Of a stretch of 48,581 bases of DNA, positions 34,384-43,767 are shown in pieces. The position numbers and the translations under genes were made by a program. The stretch lies in the IMG/VR virus record IMGVR_UViG_3300017589_000093, positions 1 through 48,581 of that record; one strand, 5' to 3'. Under the pieces are notes generated by a model, which saw only the letters and a list, made by a program, of their open reading frames with translations, searched no databases and was not told where the DNA came from. Origin of the DNA: a virus. Its lineage: Duplodnaviria; Caudoviricetes. Numbering within the stretch: the first letter of the stretch is position 1; each line of letters starts with the position of its first letter.

Positions 34384-34824
34384 TTAAAATACTGACCACG
34401 CTTCGAGATCTTTCGGATCATCCCAAAACTTTTCGATCCTAGTATATAGGGCTTCTATCTGTGCGCCTCCCAGTTTGTTTATCTTCTCTGTTAAATCCGG
34501 AACAGATACCCCCCATTTAGTAGCAGTTCCTTCAAATTGTTCGGAGTCTTCGCAGTGGGCGATCAGAACGCCTGCATTGCACCGGAATATTCCGTCTGCC
34601 ATTGTTCCGTTTAACGAGTCTGCGAAAAACTTCCACTCGTCCAGCGTAAATTTTCCTTTCAATTCATTCTGAGAATAGGCCTTTAATAGCTTAAGAAGCT
34701 CTTCATCTTCTGATGGCACCATCGACTTATTGATACAGTCCGAAATGCCTTCTGTTACGTTCTTGTAATGATCAAGTAGGTATAGTTCCTGCTCCTCTGT
34801 AATACGAATACTTTTTGTTACCAT
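34384..34824 (-). CDS. Hypothetical protein, possible ribbon-helix-helix-like regulator
   Basis: 146 aa; N-terminus TKSIRITEEQ followed by predicted helices. Confidence 0.65.
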   Translation of the reverse strand: MVTKSIRITEEQELYLLDHYKNVTEGISDCINKSMVPSEDEELLKLLKAYSQNELKGKFTLDEWKFFADSLNGTMADGIFRCNAGVLIAHCEDSEQFEGTATKWGVSVPDLTEKINKLGGAQIEALYTRIEKFWDDPKDLEAWSVF

Positions 34825-34825
34825 A

Positions 34826-35074
34826 TTATGATAGTTTTTCTGGGTGATTGATTAAAAGCCAATCGGCCATCTCCCTGGCTGCAGTAGCGTAGAATACAGC
34901 AATAGATTCGTGCTGGATACTGTTTACACGCATGAACAGGGCGAAGTCTGCGATATCTGTCTGTTGGGTTTCGTTGAACTTCTTGTCTTGAAATTTGCAA
35001 ATAATGCCATTCCACTTATCCCAGCATCTCCAGCGCCCAGGAGTGTCGTCATTACTAACTTCGTATTGTTCCAT
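34826..35074 (-). CDS. Hypothetical protein
   Basis: 82 aa; GIICKFQDKKFNETQ...REMADWL..NH pattern recalled from Bacteroidota phages. Confidence 0.7.
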   Translation of the reverse strand: MEQYEVSNDDTPGRWRCWDKWNGIICKFQDKKFNETQQTDIADFALFMRVNSIQHESIAVFYATAAREMADWLLINHPEKLS

Positions 35075-35292
35075 TATCCTCTTGAATTATATTGATTTTT
35101 AATCATCGTGTAACAGTACTTGCGTGCTTCATTGTTTTTCGTTTTGTTGCTTTCGTCTTCGCACCAATCGAATGCCTGCGAATTGGTTGTATGGACGTTG
35201 ATATCTACCCCCTTGTACTTTGCGGAAATAATGTACTGACCATAACCATTTCCTCTGGTCATTTTGAATTCTACGTTTCTGAACTTAGCCAT
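35074..35292 (-). CDS. Hypothetical protein
   Basis: 72 aa; TAATG coupling to the next gene. Confidence 0.7.
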   Translation of the reverse strand: MAKFRNVEFKMTRGNGYGQYIISAKYKGVDINVHTTNSQAFDWCEDESNKTKNNEARKYCYTMIKNQYNSRG

Positions 35293-35347
35293 AATTTTAT
35301 TGGTATTTATCCAGCCCGGGAAGAACCGGGCCGGATGTGGTTTGTGA

Positions 35348-35827
35348 TTAGATTGTTTCTTCTGTTTTTAGCATTTCCGCAGTTTCGGAAAGCATCTTTT
35401 TGTAATTCTTCCAGCCTTCGGCGAAGTCTAAGAATGATTGGATCTCGGCATCTTTATCTTCGCTTGCTTTGTTCAACTTAGCTACAAGCGTCTCCATGGC
35501 CTTAACAAGTCCGTCGAAATGAACGAATGTGCAAGTATCATCGAATACGTTGGCGGGATTATTCCAATGTTTTAAACACTCTTCACTGTCTCCTATTTCT
35601 TCCACATACGTGTGAATAACTATTTTACCGGCTGATCCAACAGAAAAATAAGCTCTGTCATGGAAAAAATCATCGCCGTTTGAATCGTACTTAAGGCCAA
35701 AGTGAGAAGACTCTACATAGTGAAGATCTGAGTATTCTGAAAAATCAAACGAATTGATAAAATCAATTACGGAAGCTAATGCTTTGCTGGTTGTGTTCTT
35801 TCTTGAACGTAATTCCAAAGTTTTCAT
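35348..35827 (-). CDS. Hypothetical protein, first gene of a four-gene operon
   Basis: 159 aa, downstream of a -7 box. Confidence 0.75.
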   Translation of the reverse strand: MKTLELRSRKNTTSKALASVIDFINSFDFSEYSDLHYVESSHFGLKYDSNGDDFFHDRAYFSVGSAGKIVIHTYVEEIGDSEECLKHWNNPANVFDDTCTFVHFDGLVKAMETLVAKLNKASEDKDAEIQSFLDFAEGWKNYKKMLSETAEMLKTEETI

Positions 35828-35871
35828 GTTTTTAATTTTAAATAATTAATAATTGTGATTGATTGACTTGA

Positions 35872-35941
35872 CAAAGATATTATATTATTTGCAACCTGCA
35901 AAGAAATAACAAACAATTTGCAAAGAATATTCTTTGCAAAT
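35872..35941 (-). promoter_or_regulatory. Promoter -7 box plus palindromic operator
   Basis: TATCTTTG at 35872-35879; perfect 26-bp palindrome ATTTGCAAAGAATATTCTTTGCAAAT at 35916-35941. Confidence 0.65.
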
Positions 35942-35984
35942 CATATGTTTGAAAACATAACTATTTAACAGCCTGTATTTATAT

Positions 35985-36028
35985 AAAAGAGAAAGCCCCG
36001 GCAGTCATTTGCCAGGGCTTTCTCTTTT
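35985..36028. terminator. Terminator ending the early/replication operon
   Basis: AAAAGAGAAAGCCC...GGGCTTTCTCTTTT. Confidence 0.8.
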
Positions 36029-36069
36029 ATCAACTACAGTGATCTGTGTAACAGAACATCAAAATAATG

Positions 36070-36792
36070 TTAGTACTCAAATATCATCCAGTCGTCCGAT
36101 AGCATATCCGTCTGTGAAGCCAACCATCCGTTTACGATTGTTCCGTCGGCTGCTTTCATGCACAGATAGGCCGTGAATTCAACAGTATCTTCTTCCGGTT
36201 TTTCTGATATGCATTCAAGATCCTGCGCATAGTACTGTTTTACGCCGGTTGGTAAAGATTTGATATCTTTAGCTACAAATTGAATTGGGAGTTGATCGGC
36301 AGGACGCATGAAGATAAACATGCCTTTGCCATTCCATCCTTTACGGGTAACAAGGAATCCGGATTTAAGAGATTTCAATGCCTGCCCGAACGAGCCAATC
36401 TCGCCAATAACCAATTGCTCGTTGTGAATAGCTCCAGTTACGTACGCTGTTTCAATTTCTCCTTTAGAAAAAGTACCGGTTTGATTGCATAAATGAGCTG
36501 TGTATTCAGCTGCTTTTTCATCTAAATTTCTCATACATTCATGGGTTTTACAAAGCCATCCCAAGGCTGTTATTTGTTTATGTTTATAGATCTTACACTG
36601 TCTGAAATACTTTATTAAATCGAAATGGATATCCCAGTCCCATCTATTTTCTTTATCAAGGATGTACTCTTTATATAGCTCACATTCGTCCTTATGTTTG
36701 CAATACTCCATTCCTTTTTTGAAATTATAGTAGCGGCCAATACACGTTTTCTTTCCTTGCGGATCTTCTAAATCCCGATGGTATTTATTCAT
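36070..36792 (-). CDS. DUF2829 / Tad2-like anti-defence protein with N-terminal extension
   Basis: FGQAL..LKSG..V.RKGWNGKGMF ... GWLASQTDMLSDDW signature. Confidence 0.82.
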   Translation of the reverse strand: MNKYHRDLEDPQGKKTCIGRYYNFKKGMEYCKHKDECELYKEYILDKENRWDWDIHFDLIKYFRQCKIYKHKQITALGWLCKTHECMRNLDEKAAEYTAHLCNQTGTFSKGEIETAYVTGAIHNEQLVIGEIGSFGQALKSLKSGFLVTRKGWNGKGMFIFMRPADQLPIQFVAKDIKSLPTGVKQYYAQDLECISEKPEEDTVEFTAYLCMKAADGTIVNGWLASQTDMLSDDWMIFEY

Positions 36793-37118
36793 ACGGCTTG
36801 TTTTTTTAATTGTGATTTTACATTATCTGGTAAATAGACTTTAGGCATTTCCTTTTCGTTGGCGATAAAGGCCTCGATACGGGCACCGGGGGATTGTTGC
36901 CAGTCGGGTAGGAGGCAGATGGCATCGCAGGTTAGTAACAGTTCGATGTCTCTTACCATGTGCTGATCCCATGTAGCGATATTGGACAGACCGTTTTTTA
37001 ACGGATTGATGGGGAAAAACCCCTGGTCACGTAAAAGCGTTTCGGCTGTGTCGAACTTAGTTACGACACAGAACAGGTCTTCGCCTGTAATCCTTCCGCT
37101 GATATACACTCTTTTCAT
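36789..37118 (-). CDS. DUF4406 family (nucleoside deoxyribosyltransferase-like fold)
   Basis: RVYISGRITG, INP, CDAICLLPDWQQSPGARIE motifs. Confidence 0.85.
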   Translation of the reverse strand: MKRVYISGRITGEDLFCVVTKFDTAETLLRDQGFFPINPLKNGLSNIATWDQHMVRDIELLLTCDAICLLPDWQQSPGARIEAFIANEKEMPKVYLPDNVKSQLKKQAV

Positions 37119-37130
37119 AATCTGTTTATA

Positions 37131-40100
37131 TTAGAATGGTAAATCTTGTTCTCCTTTATCGGATCCTTCTTTTTTTACATCTTCCCTCGAACGGCGTTCA
37201 AGGTCTATATCGTAGTATGTTACGAATGTTTCGTAATTGATAGCGAAACAGGAACTAATTTTTTCCCTTTTTTCCATCCGCTTCACCATCAGGTTGTCTA
37301 TTTGGGCCTTTTCTGCATCGAATCCCTGCTCGCCGGCTTCCATGCCGCCGCGGGGTACTTCCATCGTTTCGTGCCAGCGGAACCGACGGGCATTCACAAC
37401 ACCAATGTAGGCCGGATTAGAACGCAGGTTCTGTTCGATTGTACTCTGTGTAGACTCCTCGGAGTTGAAAGAGCTTCGTGCAAACTGGGTGTAGATAGGA
37501 CTCAGGCGAAGGAATAATACACGTGTTCCGGCCGGCAATGGCACGGCCTTGCTTGGTTCGTCACTGCCTTGTTTAATGGTTACTTTGTCTACCTGCTCGA
37601 TCGCGAAGTCGCGGCCTTCTACAATCGTCCTGGTATCGATCATCACGTCCATGCTCTTAAAGAATGTGGCCAGCTTATCGGTGTGACTTATAAGCTCTAC
37701 CTGGCTTATGGCTTTGCTTTTGGCTATCTCGAAAAACTCGGAGTAAGTAAACGGTAGCTTAAGCTCTGTGTATTGCTCTATAAGTTTACACATGGCCAGA
37801 AACAGGGAGACTGTTTTTGTAATACGAACCATATCGCCACCGCCTCCCTTTGGAAGGGCGGCCCGGAGTTCTTCCTCGCATTTCTTTTTAAGATCGCGAT
37901 AATGATCCATCACCACGCCGCGAAGATTAAGTACCTGGAATAACACGTTTGATAGACCGCACTTGTCCGGGTCTTCTACATCTTTCAGTTCCTGAAACAG
38001 GTTTATCTCTTCTGTAGTACGCTCACTGTGTGGCTTCGGAACCTCGCACACGATAATACGGGACATAAGAGCGTTGTCGTCCCGCTGTGGGGTTTCCTGT
38101 CCGCAGATTATTACCGGGGCGTATACTTTATCGTTTTCGATTTCCTTGCCTCCTGTGCCCTTACGCTTCTGCCGGCCGTCTCCATCGTACACAATGCCCT
38201 TAAGCGCCTGGAACTTCGGGTCTGTAATGTCTTTGTTATTGTATTCGTCAAGGACTACCGGGGCATCTCTGAAGGTGGACATGATTGTACTCATGGCGGC
38301 ATCCGTACCGATGTTAAGGTTAAAAATGGGAACCTTTGGAGAGATAAACAGGGAGCGGATCGATATAGCGATCTGCGTCTTTCCGGAAGACATGGGCCCC
38401 ATGAAGAACGGGGCTGTAAACAACCTGTCGATGCTATGTATATTGCTACGGAATGCACACATTATTGCGTACAGGACAGCCCACTTTCCGTTCTCATTTA
38501 CGGCGTAAACCTTATCCATCAGGGCGCTCCACTTTTCGAAACTACATTGCTTTTCGGCCGGAACATCCCGGTATTTAAGTGTAGAGATAAGCTCGTACTT
38601 GTCTGAGCTTCGTTCGCCGGCATAGATGGTACTGAAGGCAGGAAGATAATAGTTCTTGCCGTTATGAACCACCACTCCAAGGTCGTTGGCATAATCGATA
38701 CGCGGAGATCCATCCACGTAATGGAAGATAGCGTTTGCGAATGCAAAGAACATATTGTCCTCCTTACGAGAGAACCCGTCCGTTTGTTGGTTTCCATACG
38801 TATCAATCTCGGAGCAGGTAACGAACTGACGAGACATGTATTCGCGTATCCTGGTCCAGTGTTTTTCTTCTCCGTTTGAAAAATTCACCGCCTCGAGCAT
38901 GATAAGCTTTTCCTCGATCGTGGTTTTCTTCAGTAGCGATTTAGATGGCACTTCGATGAATAGAGGGTTCTTGTAATAACGTCTGTTTATCTTCAGCACG
39001 CGCTTGTTCTTGTCTTCCTCGTCCGACAGGATGTGCAGCAGCGGGGTCATGTAAAAATCGCCCACCTGGGTGTGTCCGCCTTTGTCATTTTGAAACATGT
39101 AGCAGACCGGTTCGCCCTCCTTATTGATTTTCGGGTAGAACTTGTGACTGCGATACATTTCCTTGTAGGTTGGATTGTTTTCCACATATTCCGGAAGTTC
39201 GTCCGGATCGTAGCTGTCGTCTTCGTCGTCTTCCCGCTGACTGTTAATGGCCATCCGCGATTTTCTTTTAGCCAGGTAAGGCTTAAGGATCTCCGTAAGC
39301 TGGGCTTTCGTTAGACTAAGCGCAGCGTGGAAAGAGGAGAAGTTAACAACTCTTACGCTGTCGTCAGTAAGGCTTATCACTTCGGCGCATCGCTCGATGT
39401 ACTGGGTACGGTCCGAAAGTTGGGTGGTGTTAAAAAAGCTGCCGTACATCTGCAGATACGCATTGACGAACGTGTACTCGCGCTCTTTTACCTCGTCGTT
39501 ATCGTCGTCCTGACTGCAGGCAGACGATACCACATAGATATCCGATATACCGGCCTTGAACATATCCAGCAGGGCGGTAAGGTACGGGGATTCTACACCT
39601 TCCTTCGAAAGAAACAATCCGCAGGTCGAAGTCTTGAACCTGGTACATAGCCGGCGAAGCTCCTGGATGTCGGTTGGGGATGGAACTCCGTGGATGTACA
39701 CGACCGGTTCATCACCGTACGCCTCGAGGAACCGATCAAAATCGGCTGTCAGTTCGCAGTACCCAGATTCTAATGGCATTTCTTTTAGTTCGTCTGTTCC
39801 GTAGATACCTGGCTTCATTTCCTCGGTTTTCTCCACATCCGGCATCTTGCGAAGCAAGTCCTTCACCTTACGGTGCACCAACTCGGTGTTATAATCGAAC
39901 TTCTTGGCTAGATCTCGGATATAGGAAAGTCGAAGTGTTTCCGAAGCCACATTGCAGATCAGGGTGCAGATGGTAGTAAGGGCTGCCTCTTTTGCTTCCG
40001 GATCCGGTTCGGCAGCTGGATCTTTTTTCAACAGCGCGTCCGAAAAGTAATTGACAAAATCGGTAGACCTGTTTTTAAGCCAGATAGGCATCTTATCTTT

Positions 40101-41138
40101 TTGTTCTTTCGAAATGTCGTCCGGATCCTTACCCTCTGGAATAGCAACGCATCTAACGGTAAGCCCTTCCTTAAGCAGGATATCGGCATTCTTTAAGCTG
40201 GCATGAAGCCCGGCTTTGTCGGCATCATAGACAAGGGTAACCGTGTCTGTAAATCGCTTTATAAGTTTAGCCTGGTCGGTAGTTAACGCCGTTCCGGATC
40301 CGGCGATCGTATTGCTTACCCCATTGGCGTGCATCCCCAATACATCGAATTGACCCTCTACCAGGTAGGCATTCTTTTGCTTTCCTATTTCCGCTTTAGC
40401 CTGGAACAGACCGAACAGATTCCGGCCCTTGCTAAATAGTTGCGTATCGCTTGTATTTACGTACTTGCCCGTGTTTTCCTTCGGGGTTATATACCGGCCG
40501 GAAAAGCCGGTTATATTGCCATTCAGGTCCATAAATGGGAACATGATGCGGTCGCGGAATACGTCGAAGTCGCCATACTTGCCTTCCTTTATCACATTTA
40601 CAGCGCGAAGGTATACGGGATTGTATGCGTTCTTTACCAGATCCTGGCCAACTACGTTCCCATCCGGGGCATATCCGATGCGAAAGTTCCGGATCAGCTC
40701 CGATTTAATATCAAAGCTACGATCACGCATGTACTTTTCGGCTTCGGGCAAATGACGTTCGAACGACTTTGCGGCCGCCTCGATTGCGATCTGCAGAGAC
40801 TCGGCCTGCTTTGCCTTGGCCCGTTCTTCCGGGGTAAGATCGTTTGTCTCGATCTGTATCCCGGCTTCATTGGCACACCAGTATAAGGCTTCGGAGAACG
40901 ACATGTTTTCGTGTTTCATAACGAACTCCAGCACATCGCCGCCGGCGCCGCAGGGAAAACACTTGAACCGCTGCCTGGCTGGCGACACAACCATGGAAGG
41001 GTGTGTGTCGCCGTGAAATGGGCAGCAGCCTACGAAGGAAGATCCGGAACGTCTTAAGGTAACAAACTTTCCGATGATGCTTTCTATCGATACAGCGTCT
41101 CGTATTTTTTCGATGGTTATCTTGTCTATATTACTCAT
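37131..41138 (-). CDS. DnaG-type primase fused to a C-terminal P-loop helicase-like domain
   Basis: CHC2 zinc finger (CPFH...CFPC), KYVNT, Toprim VEGQFD and YDAD.AG, Walker A GPMSSGKT, Walker B VVLDEY. Confidence 0.9.
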   Translation of the reverse strand: MSNIDKITIEKIRDAVSIESIIGKFVTLRRSGSSFVGCCPFHGDTHPSMVVSPARQRFKCFPCGAGGDVLEFVMKHENMSFSEALYWCANEAGIQIETNDLTPEERAKAKQAESLQIAIEAAAKSFERHLPEAEKYMRDRSFDIKSELIRNFRIGYAPDGNVVGQDLVKNAYNPVYLRAVNVIKEGKYGDFDVFRDRIMFPFMDLNGNITGFSGRYITPKENTGKYVNTSDTQLFSKGRNLFGLFQAKAEIGKQKNAYLVEGQFDVLGMHANGVSNTIAGSGTALTTDQAKLIKRFTDTVTLVYDADKAGLHASLKNADILLKEGLTVRCVAIPEGKDPDDISKEQKDKMPIWLKNRSTDFVNYFSDALLKKDPAAEPDPEAKEAALTTICTLICNVASETLRLSYIRDLAKKFDYNTELVHRKVKDLLRKMPDVEKTEEMKPGIYGTDELKEMPLESGYCELTADFDRFLEAYGDEPVVYIHGVPSPTDIQELRRLCTRFKTSTCGLFLSKEGVESPYLTALLDMFKAGISDIYVVSSACSQDDDNDEVKEREYTFVNAYLQMYGSFFNTTQLSDRTQYIERCAEVISLTDDSVRVVNFSSFHAALSLTKAQLTEILKPYLAKRKSRMAINSQREDDEDDSYDPDELPEYVENNPTYKEMYRSHKFYPKINKEGEPVCYMFQNDKGGHTQVGDFYMTPLLHILSDEEDKNKRVLKINRRYYKNPLFIEVPSKSLLKKTTIEEKLIMLEAVNFSNGEEKHWTRIREYMSRQFVTCSEIDTYGNQQTDGFSRKEDNMFFAFANAIFHYVDGSPRIDYANDLGVVVHNGKNYYLPAFSTIYAGERSSDKYELISTLKYRDVPAEKQCSFEKWSALMDKVYAVNENGKWAVLYAIMCAFRSNIHSIDRLFTAPFFMGPMSSGKTQIAISIRSLFISPKVPIFNLNIGTDAAMSTIMSTFRDAPVVLDEYNNKDITDPKFQALKGIVYDGDGRQKRKGTGGKEIENDKVYAPVIICGQETPQRDDNALMSRIIVCEVPKPHSERTTEEINLFQELKDVEDPDKCGLSNVLFQVLNLRGVVMDHYRDLKKKCEEELRAALPKGGGGDMVRITKTVSLFLAMCKLIEQYTELKLPFTYSEFFEIAKSKAISQVELISHTDKLATFFKSMDVMIDTRTIVEGRDFAIEQVDKVTIKQGSDEPSKAVPLPAGTRVLFLRLSPIYTQFARSSFNSEESTQSTIEQNLRSNPAYIGVVNARRFRWHETMEVPRGGMEAGEQGFDAEKAQIDNLMVKRMEKREKISSCFAINYETFVTYYDIDLERRSREDVKKEGSDKGEQDLPF

Positions 41139-41526
41139 TGTCTTCTGTAAAAAGGTTTAATTGTCTTAGTTCGAAAGCTTCCTGAAGCGATATCTTCAGG
41201 TGATTGGCTATTGCCAGGTATTCTTCCTGTGTAATCTGCTTGCGCCCGTGGTATAGGTGCCACCATCGAACCTGGTTGATTCCGGTAGCGTCGTAAAACT
41301 TTTTTGTAGGGCTGAAATATTCCGGGTGAACGAACCGGATCTTAATTAGTTCCAGGCACAGGTTCCGCTTTACTTGCCGGCCGTAACCTACTTTGTTTCG
41401 GTGCAGGAAGAGCTTTACGGCCCGTTCCGTTTTGTGCACCGTTTCGGCCATTTCGGAGATAGTTAGCTTTTGTACGTTGGTTATTACAAAATCAGTATCT
41501 TCCTTGCTCCATCTCTTAAGATTCAT
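41131..41526 (-). CDS. Putative DNA-binding protein (HTH-like)
   Basis: 131 aa; KRWSKED...EMAETVHKTERAVK N-terminus and XRE-like C-terminal half. Confidence 0.65.
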   Translation of the reverse strand: MNLKRWSKEDTDFVITNVQKLTISEMAETVHKTERAVKLFLHRNKVGYGRQVKRNLCLELIKIRFVHPEYFSPTKKFYDATGINQVRWWHLYHGRKQITQEEYLAIANHLKISLQEAFELRQLNLFTEDNE

Positions 41527-41795
41527 ACGTGCCTCCTAATTTTAGTATAGTCGTCGGAAAACTCATAGTCAGAATGTGCCAGGATGTACGTACAGCAGAT
41601 CTTGATAAACAGGTCGTGCTTTTCGGCCGGAACCGAGGTTTCAACATTGTAATGCCTGCCTGGTTTAAGGTTGCCCAAGGCGTTGTTTACGTCTCTTATG
41701 TAGGACTGAAATTGGTTAAATCCAAGGTCCTTGATATATTTATCGTGCCAGGAAAAAGAGAGGTCGTTCATTCTGTACTGACTTAAGTTTCCCAT
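41523..41795 (-). CDS. Hypothetical protein
   Basis: 90 aa, coupled to its neighbours. Confidence 0.7.
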   Translation of the reverse strand: MGNLSQYRMNDLSFSWHDKYIKDLGFNQFQSYIRDVNNALGNLKPGRHYNVETSVPAEKHDLFIKICCTYILAHSDYEFSDDYTKIRRHV

Positions 41796-41799
41796 CGTA

Positions 41800-42072
41800 C
41801 TACATGTTTAATGTTTTTACTACATCTTTTAAAGGAAGGTCGTATTTAGGCTGCCGTACCTTACTACGCATGGAGAAGCATTTTCCGCGATCGTCCCATC
41901 GTACGACCCTTACCGCGTTTATATATTTTGCCTTACCATTAACGACGACTCTCTTCAGGTAAGGTATAGATCCTTCCACCCGTACTACTTTTCGCTGTTC
42001 GCCGTATTTTACTAAGTCTATGTTATACCCGCTCTGTTGAATAGCGGTTTCGAAATGAATTGTCCTGAACAT
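41800..42072 (-). CDS. Hypothetical basic protein
   Basis: ORF 41800..42111; likely start MFRTI at 42072. Confidence 0.65.
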   Translation of the reverse strand: MFRTIHFETAIQQSGYNIDLVKYGEQRKVVRVEGSIPYLKRVVVNGKAKYINAVRVVRWDDRGKCFSMRSKVRQPKYDLPLKDVVKTLNM

Positions 42073-42077
42073 GATGT

Positions 42078-42218
42078 TTACTTTACTATTGTTGTTTTTT
42101 TCTGAGTACATACATTGCGGAGTTTTGCCGACTGATCCACCGGACGCTTAGCCAGCCCAGGCATCACAATTTGAGTTGTGGTACTGTTTAACTTTACAAG
42201 GAAATAGGATGATTTCAT
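42078..42218 (-). CDS. Possible 46-aa peptide (not in the ORF track)
   Basis: MKSSYFLVKLNSTTTQIVMPGLAKRPVDQSAKLRNVCTQKKTTIVK; fills the operon gap, AT-rich upstream. Confidence 0.4.
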   Translation of the reverse strand: MKSSYFLVKLNSTTTQIVMPGLAKRPVDQSAKLRNVCTQKKTTIVK

Positions 42219-42259
42219 AATATTATAGATTATTTATATTTTTGAAGTTCTTTTCCATT

Positions 42260-42508
42260 TTACTTTTGTATAATAAGATCCGATTTCTTAAAGAATAGAA
42301 CATACCCGTTTTGGTGTTTCATTTCACCGCACATCAGCTTCAGCTTACATACAATCTCTTTAGCCTTATCTCGCTCCTGGCTACTAGTGTAAGTTAAATA
42401 CACATCCCCATCCTCCGAAGAAATCTCTCTAAACTGCAATACGGGATTACTTACTTCAGTCCCCGTAAAAGATGCCACTACAGGCCCTTGTTGAATTTTT
42501 AGTAACAT
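42260..42508 (-). CDS. Hypothetical protein
   Basis: 82 aa in the early operon. Confidence 0.65.
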   Translation of the reverse strand: MLLKIQQGPVVASFTGTEVSNPVLQFREISSEDGDVYLTYTSSQERDKAKEIVCKLKLMCGEMKHQNGYVLFFKKSDLIIQK

Positions 42509-42556
42509 TTCGTTTTAATTTTTAAATTGTTTAATTCTGTTGTGTTCGGATTTGAA

Positions 42557-42787
42557 CTACTGTTGTGCTTCTGTTAATCCGTCAATAGCTTCTTCGATAC
42601 TCGAAAATGCATTGTCAAGAATGTCAATAACTTCTTGCATACGTTGCCCCCGGTCTGATTCCTGAAGGGATTCAGGCATGTTTTCGAAAGCTGATTCTTC
42701 TTGCTCTTTTACTTCTTCCAATTCCGACTTTAATGATTCAAGTTGTTCAACAATGTCGGCAAGTTGTTTTCTTCTTTCTTTATTCAT
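42557..42787 (-). CDS. Acidic helical phage hypothetical protein
   Basis: 76 aa; MNKERRK...EE..AFENMPESLQ.S.RG pattern common in phages. Confidence 0.75.
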   Translation of the reverse strand: MNKERRKQLADIVEQLESLKSELEEVKEQEESAFENMPESLQESDRGQRMQEVIDILDNAFSSIEEAIDGLTEAQQ

Positions 42788-42802
42788 AATGTTCTAATAT
42801 GT

Positions 42803-42973
42803 TTAGATTCTATATTTATCAAAAAGTTCTGTTAACTCTTTTTGAAATATATCTTCATCGCCTTTTGATATCCATATTATGTTTTCGCCATTACAGTTCA
42901 CTTTTATTTCGTATTCATCAACACGTTCTAATTCGATTCGAACATCGTTGTTTTGGTAAATAGTTCTTGCCAT
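42803..42973 (-). CDS. 56-aa hypothetical protein (not in the ORF track)
   Basis: MARTIYQNNDVRIELERVDEYEIKVNCNGENIIWISKGDEDIFQKELTELFDKYRI; fills the gap, A-rich upstream. Confidence 0.65.
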   Translation of the reverse strand: MARTIYQNNDVRIELERVDEYEIKVNCNGENIIWISKGDEDIFQKELTELFDKYRI

Positions 42974-42995
42974 TTTTTTGTATTATTAAATTGTT

Positions 42996-43415
42996 TCAAC
43001 TCTGTTTAGGTATGAATTCTTTATGTTTGTAATAATAAGATTGCTGAAGGATTACATCCCGGTATGAATCTACGCAGATAAAATCATTAGGATTTGCCCC
43101 CAACTTAATAAGGCCTTTTACTGCTTTTTCTCGAACGTCTGAAGACATAAATGAAAGCATTGCAGTATTACTTCTTACATAGTTATCAATATCCTCAGAT
43201 GTCACATTATTTTTTGAAATAATCTCGTTCCGGTGGTAGTCGTTCCATATAAATTTCATTTCAGATCCAATCCGTTTTTTAATGACAGTCTTTAGCATAT
43301 TTGCCAGATTTGCTACACATCGATAAGAACAGTCATTTGGCCACGCTATCATATAGGCCAATTCGTCTTTATAGACAATGTAATATGCCGGTATCCATTT
43401 TCGTTTCATACTCAA
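42996..43415 (-). CDS. Hypothetical protein
   Basis: 139 aa in the early operon. Confidence 0.65.
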   Translation of the reverse strand: MSMKRKWIPAYYIVYKDELAYMIAWPNDCSYRCVANLANMLKTVIKKRIGSEMKFIWNDYHRNEIISKNNVTSEDIDNYVRSNTAMLSFMSSDVREKAVKGLIKLGANPNDFICVDSYRDVILQQSYYYKHKEFIPKQS

Positions 43416-43732
43416 CTATGTTTATTTATCAACTTCTTATACCAATTAGGTTGTTTTTTACCTAAGAAATCTACTCCTCCTTCGATACATTTAGACAATG
43501 GGAGATCATTGTGCCATCCTCTCATCGCTTCTGTTTTTTCTAATTTCTCACCTTTTTTAATTGCCCAGAAGAAGTCAGACATTACACCGCTTAAATAATT
43601 CCATGGTTGATACCATAAATTTTGAACATTGTCAAGCTCTTCTTTACTATTAAACTTTCCAGATACTTTTTCGATTTCATTCTTATTTTCAGAACAAATC
43701 CATCGGCCGCTTTTTAATTCTACTACGTACAT
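43412..43732 (-). CDS. Hypothetical protein
   Basis: 106 aa in the early operon. Confidence 0.65.
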   Translation of the reverse strand: MYVVELKSGRWICSENKNEIEKVSGKFNSKEELDNVQNLWYQPWNYLSGVMSDFFWAIKKGEKLEKTEAMRGWHNDLPLSKCIEGGVDFLGKKQPNWYKKLINKHS

Positions 43733-43767
43733 ATTATTTACTTTTTAATTGTTTCAATTATATTTAT

